DNA of 64,000 nt from Eledone cirrhosa (GCA_964016885.1 OZ024755.1:6944001-7008000); one strand, 5' to 3'. Positions 14,300 to 29,053 are shown, counted from the stretch's first letter. Translations and numbers: made by a program. Notes: generated by a model from the letters alone, not told the origin.

Positions 14300-16425
14300 C
14301 GTGTGTGTCCGTGTGTCCATTTGTGTGGTCATGTGTCTGTGTCTGTGTGTTCATGTGTGTGGCCATGTGTCTGTGTCTGTGTCTGTGTCCGTGTGTCTGT
14401 GTGTTCATGTGTGTGGTCCTGTGTCTGTGTCCGTGTGTCTGTGTGTCTGTGTGTTCATGTGTGTGGCCATGTGTCTGTGTCTGTGTCCGTGTGTCTGTGT
14501 GTTCATGTGTGTGGTCATGTGTCTGTGTCTGTGTCTGTGTGTCTGTGTGTTCATGTGTGTGGTCATGTGTCTGTGTCTGTGTCCGTGTGTCTGTGTGGCC
14601 ATGTGTGTGGCCATGTGTCTGTGTCTGTGTCCGTGTGTCTGTGTGTTCATGTGTGTGGTCATGTGTCTGTGTCTGTGTCCGTGTGTCTGTGTGTTCATGT
14701 GTGTGGTCATGTGTCTGTGTCTGTGTCTGTGTGTCTGTGTGTTCATGTGTGTGGCCATGTGTCTGTGTCTGTGTCCGTGTGTCTGTGTGTTCATGTGTGT
14801 GGTCATGTGTCTGTGTCTGTGTCTGTGTGTCTGTGTGTTCATGTGTGTGGTCATGTGTCTGTGTCTGTGTCTGTGTCCGTGTGTCTGTGTGTTCATGTGT
14901 GTGGTCATGTGTCTGTGTCTGTGTCCGTGTGTCTGTGTGTTCATGTGTGTGGTCATGTGTCTGTGTCTGTGTCTGTGTCCGTGTGTCTGTGTGTTCATGT
15001 GTGTGGTCATGTGTCTGTGTCTGTGTCCGTGTGTCTGTGTGTTCATGTGTGTGGTCATGTGTCTGTGTCTGTGTCTGTGTGTCTGTGTGTTCATGTGTGT
15101 GGTCATGTGTCTGTGTCTGTGTCTGTGTCCGTGTGTCTGTGTGGCCATGTGTGTGGTCATGTGTCTGTGTCTGTGTCCGTGTGTCTGTGTGTTCATGTGT
15201 GTGGTCATGTGTCTGTGTCTGTGTCCGTGTGTCTGTGTGTTCATGTGTGTGGTCATGTGTCTGTGTCTGTGTCTGTGTCCGTGTGTCTGTGTGGCCATGT
15301 GTGTGGTCATGTGTCTGTGTCTGTGTCCGTGTGTCTGTGTGTTCATGTGTGTGGCCATGTGTCTGTGTCTGTGTCCGTGTGTCTGTGTGTTCATGTGTGT
15401 GGTCATGTGTCTGTGTCCGTGTGTCTGTGTGTTCATGTGTGTGGTCATGTGTCTGTGTCTGTGTCCGTGTGTCTGTGTGTTCATGTGTGTGGTCATGTGT
15501 CTGTGTCTGTGTCTGTGTCCGTGTGTCTGTGTGTTCATGTGTGTGGTCATGTGTCTGTGTCTGTGTCCGTGTGTCTGTGTGTTCATGTGTGTGGTCATGT
15601 GTCTGTGTCTGTGTCTGTGTGTCTGTGTGTTCATGTGTGTGGTCATGTGTCTGTGTCTGTGTCCGTGTGTCTGTGTGTTCATGTGTGTGGCCATGTGTCT
15701 GTGTCTGTGTCCGTGTGTCTGTGTGTTCATGTGTGTGGTCATGTGTCTGTGTCTGTGTCTGTGTCCGTGTGTCTGTGTGTTCATGTGTGTGGTCATGTGT
15801 CTGTGTCTGTGTCCGTGTGTCTGTGTGTTCATGTGTGTGGTCATGTGTCTGTGTCTGTGTCTGTGTGTCTGTGTGTTCATGTGTGTGGTCATGTGTCTGT
15901 GTCTGTGTCCGTGTGTCTGTGTGTTCATGTGTGTGGCCATGTGTCTGTGTCTGTGTCCGTGTGTCTGTGTGTTCATGTGTGTGGTCATGTGTCTGTGTCC
16001 GTGTGTCTGTGTGTTCATGTGTGTGGTCATGTGTCTGTGTCTGTGTCCGTGTGTCTGTGTGTTCATGTGTGTGGTCATGTGTCTGTGTCTGTGTCCGTGT
16101 GTCTGTGTGTTCATGTGTGTGGTCATGTGTCTGTGTCCGTGTGTCTGTGTGTTCATGTGTGTGGTCATGTGTCTGTGTCTGTGTCCGTGTGTCTGTGTGT
16201 TCATGTGTGTGGCCATGTGTCTGTGTCTGTGTCCGTGTGTCTGTGTGGCCATGTGTGTGGTCATGTGTCTGTGTCTGTGTCCGTGTGTCTGTGTGTTCAT
16301 GTGTGTGGCCATGTGTCTGTGTCTGTGTCCGTGTGTCTGTGTGTTCATGTGTGTGGCCATGTGTCTGTGTCTGTGTCCGTGTGTCTGTGTGTTCATGTGT
16401 GTGGTCATGTGTCTGTGTCCGTTTG
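14300..16425. repeat. GT-derived minisatellite, 48-bp unit with 42/54-bp variants, about 2.1 kb
   Basis: Unit gtgtgttcatgtgtgtggtcatgtgtctgtgtctgtgtccgtgtgtct, varying by +/- one gtgtct hexamer. Confidence 0.95.
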
Positions 16426-17127
16426 TCTGTGTTTGTGTGTGCGTTTATGTATGTCCCCATGTACGTGGTCGTGTGTGTCCGTCTGTGTGTGTGACATGTG
16501 TCCATGTGTGTCCGTGTGTGTTTGTGTATGTCCGTGAATGTGCGTGCGTGTGCGTGTGTTTGTGTGTATCCGTGTGTGTGTCCGTGTGTGTGTCCGTGTG
16601 TGTGTGTCCGTGTGTGTGTGTCCGTGTGTGTGTGTCCGTGTGTGTGTGTCCGTGTGTGTGTTCCCATGTGTGTGGTCGTCTCTGCATATGTGAGTCCTTG
16701 CGCGTGTGAGTCTCTAAGTCTGTGTCTGTGTCTGTGTGTGTCTCTGTCTATGTGTGTGTGTGTGTGTGTGTGTGTCTGTCAGTGTGTGTGTGTCTGTCTG
16801 TGTGTGTATGTGTTTGTCTGTGTGTGTGTTTGAGTGTATTATTAATCCGGACTTCCGGTTATGAACTGACCCCTACGCGATGACCTCATGTCAGATTAAG
16901 CTTTGTTCAGTTAACCGAACTGTCTTTGTTATTCATCCGTAACCAACAGACTTCTGGTACATTACAGTATTGTTAATGAAGGGGGAGGAGTAAGAGTGGA
17001 TGGTAGAGTAGACGGGTGAGGAGGGTGATAAAGATAGGGTGGGAGGACGGGGAGGAAGAAGAAGAAGAAGAAGAAGAAGAAGAAGAAGAAGAAATGGTGT
17101 GATTAATGTGTATTTTGCTACACATAC

Positions 17128-17563
17128 ATAATTGTTTCTACGTTAGGCACAAGGCCAGCAATTACTCAGTACATTACTGGTACTTTATTTTATCGACCCC
17201 GTAAGGATGAAAGACAAAGTTAACCTCGGCGGGATTTGAACTCAGATCATAAAGGGACGTAACTCTATGCTTCAAAGCATGGTGTCCGACTCTCTACCGA
17301 TACTGCCAATCCACCGCCCTTGACCATAATAATAGTAATCCACCGCAAATGACCATAATAATAGTAATGTAGTGGGTAATTGCTGGCCTTGTGACAAAAG
17401 TAGAAGCAATTATTATGGTCATTTGCATTGGAGCGCCCGCCGAGGTTAACTTTGCCTTTCATCCTTACGGAGTCGATAAAATAAAGTACCAGTAATGTAC
17501 TGGGTAATTGCTGGCCTTGTGACAAAAGTATAAACAATTATTATGGTCATTTGCATTGGAGCG
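17128..17563. mobile_element. Rearranged SINE cluster (- copy 17128-17316; + fragments 17373-17415 and 17436-17545)
   Basis: Dominant SINE sequence in both orientations, with duplicated tail plus flank. Confidence 0.85.
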
Positions 17564-17798
17564 TACATATTATTTCAGTAGTTATCATGTCAGGCTTTCC
17601 TACCTCCAGACTCTACACGATGAGTTGACAGCTTTTCCTCCAATCGCTTTGGATTCTTCCACTTAATTTAACTTAATTTAGATAAACTTAGATACGTTCC
17701 GGCCTCTGTTGGACCGACCTCGTCTAAATAAAACCACCTGGTGAATGGTGAAGCCTTTTAACTCAGATTTTGGACGACACAGACAAACACATGTGCTC

Positions 17799-17879
<81 letters not shown>

Positions 17880-17941
17880 ATATGTATGTTTTTATAATTG
17901 AATACACTCACACTCACACACACACATACACACATATATGT

Positions 17942-17985
<44 letters not shown>

Positions 17986-17988
<3 letters not shown>

Positions 17989-18184
17989 AACAAGTATGAC
18001 CCCGTGACCCCGACGGCAGAGCTCAAGCCGTTTCGACGGCTAATTCTGGACAGAATTAGCCGTCGAAACGGCTTGAGCTCTGCCGTCGGGGTCATATTTG
18101 TTCCTATTACCCACTCTACTACTCTAAGTATTGAGTACTTTGGTGCGTTATGGTCCATCTGGTTCCTTACCACAATTCCTTGTT
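17986..18184. mobile_element. Family A fold-back element
   Basis: Palindrome centred on ttctg-ga-cagaa, with the family A tail. Confidence 0.85.
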
Positions 18185-18516
18185 CAATCATCTTACCAGA
18201 AGCCTAACATTATTTATGTAAGCGGGCAGTACTTGATTTAGGAGTCGCAGAAACCCAAATGCTCGATTTTACCAACTTTCCAGGGGTCCGGGTAAATTTT
18301 CAATCACATATATTTTTATTGTTTGACCCGAATTACTTGATCGTTTTTTGGGGGGGGCTGTGCGAATGATTGTTTAACCATTGTCTCAGTGTGTTTGGCC
18401 TTTAACGTTTGTTATAGCTCTGGTTCATCTGAATCATTGAGCACTTGCCACACATCTCGGAGGTTGTTTTTCGTTATTTCGTGGGCCGAAATGCGATTCT
18501 CGATAATTTATATTTG

Positions 18517-18573
<57 letters not shown>

Positions 18574-18651
18574 GTATATATAAACATATATATATATATA
18601 TTAACATATATATATATATATGTGCGTGAGTGTATTCAATTATAAATATAT

Positions 18652-18728
<77 letters not shown>

Positions 18729-19234
18729 GTGTGTTCTTTGAAATGCATGTGTATATATGATTGCATTTATATAGATAATTGTCCATAGATAAGTGTTTGT
18801 GTAAGTATGTGTGAATATGTGAGTGTCTGTATTTGTATGTGTGTGTGAATATGTGAGTATGTGTGAATGTGTGTGTGTGTGCATGTGTATGTGTCAATAT
18901 TTATGTGTCAATATGTATATGAGTATGTGAGTGCGTGTATGTGAGTGTGTGTAAATATGTATGTGAGTATGTGTGAATATGTATGTGAGTATGTATGTGT
19001 TAATATATGTGTGTATGTGTGCAGGTATATTTAGTCTCACCCAGCAACTGGTGTTTATTTATTGATTAGTTAATGTACCCGGCGGGCCGCCGCCGCCGCC
19101 GCGCCGTCCGGGGTGCAGTATCACCGTTGTTATGGGTTACGAGGAGCGTCTTGATTAAGTGAGGCCATTGTTAATGAAAAGCAAAGAAACGTGGCATTTC
19201 TTTCTCTTCTTCTTCTCCTTCTTCACCTTTCTCC

Positions 19235-19302
<68 letters not shown>

Positions 19303-19748
19303 CTCTCTCTCTCCTCCTCACCTTCTCCTTCTCCTTCTTCACCTCTCTCCCTCTCTCGATCTATCTATCTCTCTCTCTCTCTCTCTCTTCCTCACCACCT
19401 CCTTTACCTTCAGCTTCTTCACATTCTCTCCTCGCCCACCCCTCTTCCTCACCTTCTTCTCCTCCCTCACCCTCTCCCACCTTTATTCTCTTATGTCTGC
19501 CTGTTTCACGGTTTACTGAACATTGTCGGATTGTTCACATGCCGTGTCCAGCTGAGAAAGAGCTGCAAGTTTAAAGACGAGCAACGGGTTACTCTTTTCC
19601 TCTTCATTGCTTTTCTTCCCTCCTTCCCCCCCCCTCTCTCACCCTCCCTTACTTCACATTATATATATGTATATATATATATATATATGCAAGCATATAT
19701 ATGTATGTGTATATATGTATATGTGTATATATATATATATATATAACC

Positions 19749-19798
<50 letters not shown>

Positions 19799-20039
19799 AT
19801 AAATATAAATATATATATATATATATATATGCATACATATATATATAAGTTTGTATACTTATATATATATATACGTATATATATGCTTATATATATGTGT
19901 GCGTGTGTGAATCTGTGTGTGTGGGGGGGGTGAGTCTGTGTGTGTACGTATATGCATATACTCTGATATAACACCTGCAACCCTGATGGTATCCAATGAT
20001 GTTGACTTGTTCTTCTTTTTGGTAAACATCATCTTGGTT

Positions 20040-20320
20040 AAGAGAGTGGGACTGGCTTTGTGCAGTGCCTTTGCTCACTATAAAAGCTTCACGGCACAGG
20101 CATTGCTTTAAATCTGGAGATCTCTCTGCCCTTGTCGTCACATGGTACCATGGGCCCAGTACTATGTATCAATAATTGTCACAAGTGTAGTATTTGTACC
20201 AGAGTTTTCAAGTCGCTGGCTGGACTCAAAAGTCACACTCGTTCAGCGCATCGGTAGGGGTTCTCCTACATGGATATAAAGTAGTGGCCGTACTCGAAAA
20301 CGAGTTGGCAGCCACCATAT
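20040..20320 (+). mobile_element. 3' end of an RTE-type LINE with C2H2 finger
   Basis: CSICTRVFKSLAGLKSHTRSAHR*; homologous to 377-562; followed by a short tatg tail. Confidence 0.7.
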
Positions 20321-20482
20321 GTTATGTATGTATCCATTCTTCACTCACCGTTTTACCCTCTCCTTGTCGCTCATCTAACAAGTGATACCACAGGGAAGAC
20401 AGACACTTAAACAGCTGGATGACAGACAGACTGACAAATGATAGCAACATGTGAATTCATGGTTATTATTTAGCCCTAGGTC

Positions 20483-20661
20483 GGTGAATTGGCAGTATCG
20501 GTAGAGGGTCGGACATGCTTTCCAGCATAGTTACTTCCTTTTATGATCTGAGTTCAAATCCCGCCGATGTTAACTTTGCTTTTCATCCATACGGGGTCTA
20601 TAAAATAAAGTACCAGTAATGTACTGGGTATTTGCTGGCCTTGTGCCAAAAAGTAGAAACA
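20483..20661 (+). mobile_element. Full-length SINE with an 18-bp target site duplication
   Basis: attatttagccctaggtc at both 20465-20482 and 20662-20679. Confidence 0.9.
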
Positions 20662-20815
20662 ATTATTTAGCCCTAGGTCAGTCCTGATGGACTAGGCCTC
20701 ATAACCAAACTTATTTCAGTCATAACATCTCCTTTCATGATTTAAAACGGTAGAGTGTTATTTAAAGAAGATTATGTTGCTATTTCTAGCTGGTCAAGCG
20801 ACCACATAGAGGCTT
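20662..20815 (+). mobile_element. Older dispersed repeat (third SINE-like family)
   Basis: Shares gctatttctagc..agcgacca..tagaggc and atcaaaggc.ttcca.c.gtgacca-like blocks with 25745-26030 and 40300-40445. Confidence 0.45.
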
Positions 20816-21006
20816 TAGATTTGACTTTGATTTATATTTGTTGTTGTAAAAGATGAAATATTATGAACACTAGGCAGCAGTTTTAGCCTCACGTGCTGGA
20901 ATGGCTCTTCCAACGGTTTACCTCGCCATCCTCCATGGAAACGCCGCCTCTAATCTGTTCGCATGGGCAGCGGGACGACCAGCGCGTGGGCCCCCATTTG
21001 CTTATA

Positions 21007-21183
21007 CGGTGAAATTCCGTTATAACGAAATTCATGGGGTATAAAAACAAAATTCCTTGTAATGAAAAATTCTTTATAACGAGATCGTTCTAACACATCG
21101 AACGTGTGACTGGGGATTGAAAAAATGTTCGTTGTACTGAAAAATTCGTGATAATGGTATTCGTTATAACGGAATTTTGCCTG
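21007..21183. mobile_element. MITE, Tc1/mariner-pogo type
   Basis: TA|cggtgaaattccgttataacgaa...ttcgttataacggaattttgcctg|TA: terminal inverted repeats with a TA duplication. Confidence 0.8.
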
Positions 21184-21483
21184 TAATAGTAAGAGATGGG
21201 AAGAGCGAGAGAGATGGAGATAGTGAGGGAAAGAGAGAGAACATCAAGAATTATTTATTTGTAACTATCACCATCCCATTCAGGAAGTACTTAACTCGAA
21301 CCCAATCTCTCATATTTGCGTAGCGAACTTCTTAACCAATTGGACATGTCTTAATCCTGGCATATACTTCAAAGAACTTGGGTGGAGAACAACATTCTCG
21401 TACCCTGCCCCGTAGCAAAGTTATTAATCAACTCAGAGCAGAATCTTTAAGCAGATTATAACAAAACTCTACATCACTTCATG

Positions 21484-21797
21484 AAAAATCCCTAATTATG
21501 TCCTCTGATTTGCCCTTTTCTTTCCCTAATAAACCTCATAAAAAGTCCCTAATTATGTCCCCTGTGTCGCCCTCTTCTTTCCCTAATAAACCTCATAAAA
21601 AGTCCCTAATTATATTCTCTGTTTTGCCCTCTTCTTTCCCTAATATCCCTTATAAAAAAAAGTCCTTCATTATGTCTTCTGGTTTGGCCCCTTTCCTAAT
21701 AACCCTCATAAAAAGTCCCTAATTATGTCCCCTGTTTTGCCCTCTTCTATCCCTAATAAACCTCATAAAAATGTCCCTAATTGTGTCTTGTCTTGCC
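21484..21797. repeat. Minisatellite, about 57-bp unit, 5-6 units
   Basis: Unit aaaaagtccctaattatgtcccctgttttgccctcttctttccctaataaacctcat. Confidence 0.9.
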
Positions 21798-21944
21798 CCA
21801 TATTTATACCCCATCTGTATTCCGGGTAAAATGTAAATATAGCAACTAATACTATCTTGTTTGGGGATCAGACTTGGCAAGAACTATATATGTCTGTGTG
21901 TTATATGTATGGATATATGTATATATATATATATATACGATATA

Positions 21945-22500
<556 letters not shown>

Positions 22501-22514
22501 CCACATTTCTTTCG

Positions 22515-22579
<65 letters not shown>

Positions 22580-22590
22580 TATATATACGT

Positions 22591-22779
22591 AGGTCCCGGG
22601 TTGAGTCGGGGATAACCACAGTAAGTAAGGTACTCAATACATGGCAGAGTAAATTTTTTTTATTTTATAGAAGGAGCTTCTACAGGACTAGTACTGTTTC
22701 ATTCAGATGAAATCTTCAGGAAGCTTCCTGAAGATTTCATCTGAATGAAACAGTACTAGTCCTGTAGAAGCTCCTTCTA

Positions 22780-22790
<11 letters not shown>
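22591..22790. mobile_element. Family B fold-back element with two overlapping hammerheads (- 22675-22725; + 22722-22772)
   Basis: agcttc-CTGAAGA-tttcatctgaat-GAAA-cag-tactagtc-ctg-TA-gaagct. Perfect palindrome with its axis in gaagcttc (stem I). Confidence 0.85.
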
Positions 22791-22841
<51 letters not shown>

Positions 22842-22845
<4 letters not shown>

Positions 22846-23078
22846 AAGTTATATTTAAAATTGTTGGGTTACAACTAGTAAATATTTATAACTAGCGTAA
22901 ACCTCTTCAAATGAAGTTGAAGTTTATTACGGTATGTCGAATATATTTATCTATAAAACTGTTTATATTGTATTTTGTCTGATGAAGGCATAGCATATTG
23001 TTAATATGATATCCCCGAAATATATATAATGAAATAAATATGGTTTTATAAATATAGTTTTCCATTTATTTAATATTG

Positions 23079-23079
<1 letters not shown>
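22842..23079. mobile_element. Family C2 element with a + strand hammerhead at 22973-23034
   Basis: ttttgt-CTGATGA-aggcatagcatattg/ttaatatgatatcccc-GAAA-tatata-TA-atgaaa. Homologous to 45334-45709. Confidence 0.8.
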
Positions 23080-23114
<35 letters not shown>

Positions 23115-23128
23115 CCACATATCCTTCG

Positions 23129-23216
<88 letters not shown>

Positions 23217-23477
23217 ATACTTGGGGAGGGTCATATTGTTTTCTGTTATATATATATATATACGTACATACGTATGTCTGTGTCTGTCTGACAGTGTTTG
23301 TGTGTCTGTCAGTGTGTGAGTCTGTCTGTCTGTGTGTCTGTGTGTCTGTGTGTCTTCTATGCTATTATCAACAACAACCATATCAACTGATTGTATTTAG
23401 TCTGGCTTTCCGAAGTAAATGAAGTTTTTCACTTTAATATTCCCATGCTTTCGAGCAGAACAATTTTCCTCGCTTCA

Positions 23478-23990
23478 TTGGTGGTGGTAGTGGTGGTGGT
23501 GGTGGTGGTGGTGGTGGTGGTGGTGGTGGTGGTGGTACTGGTGGTGGTGGTGGTAGTGGTGGTGGTACTGGTGGTGGTGGTGGTAGTGGTGTTGGTGGTG
23601 GTGGTGGTGATAGTGGTGGTGGTGGTGGTGGTGGTGATAGTGGTGGTGGTGGTGGTGATGGTGATAGTGGTGGTGGTGGTGATAGTGGTGGTGGTGGTAC
23701 TGGTGGTGGTGGTGGTGATAGTGGTGTTGGTGGTGGTGGTGGTGATAGTGGTGGTGGTGGTGGTGGTGATAGTGGTGGTGGTGGTGGTGGTGGTGGTGGT
23801 GGTGATAGTGGTGTTGGTGGTGGTGATAGTGGTGTTGGTGGTGGTGGTGATAATTGTGTTGTTGGTGGTGGTGGTGGTGATAGTGGTGGTGGTGGTGGTG
23901 GTGGTGGTGGTGGTGGTGTTGGTGGTGGTGGTGGTGGTGTTGGTGGTGGTGTTGGTGGTGGTGGTGGTGGTGGTGGTGGTAGTGGTGGTG
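23478..23990. repeat. Interrupted (GGT)n
   Basis: Direct reading. Confidence 0.95.
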
Positions 23991-24125
23991 TTTCTACTTT
24001 GACTCAAGGCCAATAATTACTGGTACTGTATTTTATCGACTTCTGAAGTAGGAAAGGGATTTGAATTCGGAACGCAAAGGGCCGTACCTCTATGCGTCAG
24101 AGCATGTTGTCCGATGCTCATCGAT
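23988..24125 (-). mobile_element. Diverged SINE
   Basis: tactggtactgtattttatcgac...gggatttgaattc. Confidence 0.75.
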
Positions 24126-24157
24126 CAAGAAAGAGTAAGAAGAAGAAGAAGAAGAAG

Positions 24158-24197
<40 letters not shown>

Positions 24198-24206
24198 GAG
24201 AGTGAT

Positions 24207-24343
<137 letters not shown>

Positions 24344-24366
24344 TATATACATATATATATATATAA

Positions 24367-24431
<65 letters not shown>

Positions 24432-24454
24432 TATATACATATATATATATATAA

Positions 24455-24514
<60 letters not shown>

Positions 24515-24551
24515 TATTTAAAAAACGCAAGAGCAACACAAACATAAGGAC

Positions 24552-24691
<140 letters not shown>

Positions 24692-25236
24692 ATCAGTGTG
24701 AGTCCTTATTAATGTTTACCTCCTGCCCGACTGTGAAGTAATTAACGAATTATTTTTATGTTCATCTTTGAAACAAAATTTCTGTCGAGCTTCATAGAAT
24801 TGATGTGGGGGAACGGTGTGTCGGCGGCATGGTGGAATGTCTGGTAGTGTGGCGGTGTGTTGGTGTGGTGGTGGTGAGGTTGGTTTATCTTTTGTGTAAC
24901 TTATGACATGGAGACAAACCACCGCTGGTCTTCACATGGCATTTACATCGCATTCATCTGGACTGAGTGAGAGAGAGTGTGAGAGAGAGAGGGGGCGAGA
25001 GAAAGTGAGGCGGCAGACAGACAGAGACGGATAGATAACAACGACAACAACAACTACCACTGCCACAACAACAACAATAACAGCCACAACAACAACAACA
25101 ACAACAACAGCAGCAGCCACCATCAGAACAAAGTTGTCCATAAGTGTGACAATGTCTTTGTAAAGATAAAACAGAGGTAATATGTATAAACAAAAGACAG
25201 TCCGAAATATAATGAAATCAGCGAAGACAGTAAATA

Positions 25237-25276
<40 letters not shown>

Positions 25277-25302
25277 TTGTTGTTGTTGTTGTTGTATAGG
25301 AA

Positions 25303-25530
25303 CAGGTAGCGAATTGGGAGAGTAGTTAGAGCGTAGAACAAAAATGTTTTGGCCTTCTCCTCTGCCTTTTGGAGTTCAAATCCGATCGAGATCAACTTTG
25401 CCTTTCATCCTTTCAGAGATCGATAAAATAAAATCTCGTTCCAGAGCAGTAGATTGGCCGAGTTATTATGTCGAATAAGATGCCTTGCGGTATTTTTGGG
25501 GGTTGTTTATGTTTTGAGTTCAAATCCCTT
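25303..25530 (+). mobile_element. Two tandem diverged SINE heads
   Basis: gagttcaaatcc at about 25372 and 25516, each with upstream A-box-like sequence. Confidence 0.7.
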
Positions 25531-26400
25531 CATTGTCTAGTTGGGTGGTAGAGTTAATCTGTAGCCCTGTTTAACCTCACCACTGGGCTTTCTGTGTCTT
25601 TAACTGTGTCTAGTGTGCTGTAAGTTCCTGACGAGGGTTTTATTTTGACGATACTTTCCTCCTTCTGTCCCACCAGTCTCTGAAAAGTGTCATGGACATT
25701 GCTCTTCCCTTCCTGACTAAAGACTCAAGACTACATATAAGGATCAGGTCTTGTTGATCAGATCTATAATCAAAGGTTTTCCAGCTGTGACCACTCGCCC
25801 TTTGTATATCAGGGACTAAAGTGACTTCTACTCCTCGGAGCTGGCTAATATTCTGACATCTCCACTCAGGCATTCCAACCCTACACGTCCATCCTTCTTT
25901 CATAATCTATGTAGTGTCCAACTACTCAAGTCTCTTATGTCTAGCAACTTCAGCGACCATGTAGAGGCACTCTTCTAGGCTGTTACATCTAGCAACCTCG
26001 GCGACCATGTAGAGACACTCTCGTAGGCTGCTTGTCAAAGTATATATATTTATGATGTAGCTTCTTGTCTCTATGTAGAGAGAAGTGAAAGACATGACGC
26101 TGAGAAAGTAATGTTGTGTGCAGAGGAAGACAAAAAGACTAGAGACGAAACAAAGGCAATTGATAGAGAGAAGTGTATTGCAGTCATTGTAAGAAGGTGG
26201 CTTATTTACTCACTGGCGTCATATCTCCATGTCCCCATGTCGTGTGTCTTCTGATAGGGGTTATACCACCACCACCACCATCACTACCATTACTACCACT
26301 ATCACCACCATCACCACTACCACCACTACCACCACCATCACTACCATCACCATCACCATCACTACCACCACTACTACCACCATCACCACCACCACTACTA

Positions 26401-26555
26401 CTGCTTTGCAGCAAAGAGTTACGCCCCTTTATGGTCTGAGTTCAAATCCCGCAGAGGTTAACTTTGCCTTTCATCCTTACGGGGTCGATAGAATAAAGTA
26501 CCAGTAATGCACTGGGTATTTGCTGGCCTTGTGCCAAAAATAGAAACAATTATTA
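26401..26555 (+). mobile_element. tRNA-derived SINE
   Basis: Dominant family body and tail. Confidence 0.9.
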
Positions 26556-26970
26556 ATCGGTCTCCCTTCTAATCCACACCAAAGATATCGCCCTTTTATC
26601 AGTCTTTAGTCTATTCCCTAACCCTAAACATTCACAGCATCTACTCTCCATCACTCATTAGCCTCCTACACCTACATTATCTCCCCTTCCTTCAACCTTA
26701 GCTCTCCTGTGTCCGTACAGGTTACTATGGAGATATGGTTGGTCAGTTGAAAGACATTTCAAACAACAGAGCGGAAATTTCGACCGGATATTGATGCAGT
26801 GTTGTTTTTTGGGCACCAAACCAAAATCTCTCGGTTACAGAAGATGTCAGCTTATTCCGGCATTTACAATTGAAAGAAAGACCAGCGATACGTTGAATAA
26901 CGTACGTAAACAATACCTTGGTTCCGGCATAGCTGTTGTGGGGCCAGCTAAGTTGAGACATACAATACAA

Positions 26971-27228
26971 TATAGAGAGACATAGTACTGTATAGAGAGA
27001 CATAGTACAGTATAGAGAGAGACATAGTACAGTATAGAGAGATATACTGTAATATAGAGAGAGACATAGTACAGTGTAGAGAGAGACATATTACAGTGTA
27101 GAGAGATATACTGTAATATAGAGAGAGACATAGTACAGTATAGAGAGACATAGTACAGTGTAGAGAGATATACTGTAATATAGAGAGAGACATACTGTAG
27201 TATAGAGAGACATACTGTAGTATAGAGA

Positions 27229-27233
<5 letters not shown>
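26971..27233. repeat. 20/22-bp minisatellite
   Basis: Unit tatagagagacatagtacag and variants. Confidence 0.9.
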
Positions 27234-27301
<68 letters not shown>

Positions 27302-28194
27302 TTATGCATATACAGTATATAATACTATTATATTCTAGTGTGTTTGTATGTAAGTGGATGTATATATATATATATACAAACACACACACACATACACGCG
27401 CGCGCACACACACATATATACATACAAATGCGAGCAGATTAAATTGTAATTTTAAATATTAAATTATTCAATTTTTAGTGGAATAAATGATAGGATTACT
27501 TTGTAAAGAACATTTAAATCTACTGTTACATCTATTTTGATGTCATCGATGAAAAAAACTTATAGTAATTCTTTATTAATTTTAAAACGAAAATTAATAA
27601 TTACTTCAACATGTATATGTGTAATGTTTATTGAAGTAAAATTGTTTGTAGAGATGACTTGCGGGTTAGGATAACTAATGTGATTCAGGGTGTAGTTAAG
27701 AATCACCTGCAAAACGTAATTCTAGAACTTTCAAATTGCTTTTCACTTTATGTACTTTATGTTGGTGGACATTAAAAATTAACAATATGAAGGTTAAACA
27801 TATTAAATATATAATAAATTCTTTCAGTTGCCCTTCTTACAGATTAACTCTATCTTAAATGTAATAATAATGAGATGAAATGAAAATGAAATGAAATCTA
27901 CAGTTCACACCAATGCAGGTTTATTTGGCTTCCCTCAAAGCTGCATTTCATAGGGGTTCTTAGGTGGTATTTTAATGATATGGTCCTCAGTTCGATCATG
28001 AAAAATAACATGATATGAAGTGTCTTGTCCAAGAATACGATATACTTCTAGTTCCAGGAATCGAACCAAAGACCTTATGATCGTAAGTCCAACAGCCTTA
28101 CCCAAGTGCTTTTTCTCAAAATAATTTTTCCGTTCCTTCTTTTTATCACTCTCTATCTTTTATATCTTCTTTTTATCACTCTCTATCTTTTATA

Positions 28195-28340
28195 TTTCAT
28201 CTGATATTTCTCATTCCATCATCTGACGAAGGACTTTATTGCGAAAAGTAAAAACTCTTTTCCTTACTATATCAAGCGTTAAAATAATATATTTCTTCAT
28301 TTTGTACTGTGTTGTTTGCTTTTCTGTTTCCGTTTACTCT
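28195..28340 (+). mobile_element. Decayed family D element
   Basis: CTGACGA-aggactttattgc-GAAA followed by caagcgttaa...gtactgtgttgtttgcttttctgtttcc. Confidence 0.5.
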
Positions 28341-28663
28341 TTGCATACATACATGCGAATATATATTTACACACGCACACATATATATATATATATTACT
28401 TCCTCCTAAGCGTGATATTTTTTGCATCTTGTCATTTCTTGAACTATATATATATATAGGATAAGTATTTACTCTTAATTTTATTCTGAGTTAAGACTCT
28501 ATTGGTTTTTTTCCCTGGATTACACAAAATCTGTGGATAAAATTTCTGTCTTGACTTTTTTTGAATTGAGATAGAATTATTTTCCCATATCTTACGTTAA
28601 ATATTTTCCATCTTGACGTAATAGTCACTTATATGTATGAATTACTGTTGGCTTCTTGCTCAC

Positions 28664-28738
28664 AGGGGTCGATAAAATAAAGTACCAGTAATGTACTGAT
28701 TGATTGCTGGCCTTGTGCCAAAAGTAGAAACAATATAA
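28664..28738 (+). mobile_element. SINE 3' fragment
   Basis: ggggtcgataaaataaagtaccag...ttgtgccaaaagtagaaacaat. Confidence 0.85.
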
Positions 28739-28897
28739 TTTCGCTATTTTCATTTATATATATATATATAAATATATATATATATAAATATACATATATA
28801 TATATATACACACACAAATAAAAGGCAGAGTTAATAACTCATACTGATTTACTGTGTTTATTACACACAATTTACTGTGTTTATTACTACAATATAG

Positions 28898-28997
<100 letters not shown>

Positions 28998-29019
28998 CAT
29001 ACATACATACATACATACA

Positions 29020-29053
<34 letters not shown>

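Noticed and set aside
14172-16709. ORFs of 667-845 aa
   Set aside because: They are translations of a stop-free minisatellite that is open in most frames.
25640-25903. 87-aa ORF
   Set aside because: It overlaps a dispersed SINE-like repeat and has no recognisable motif.
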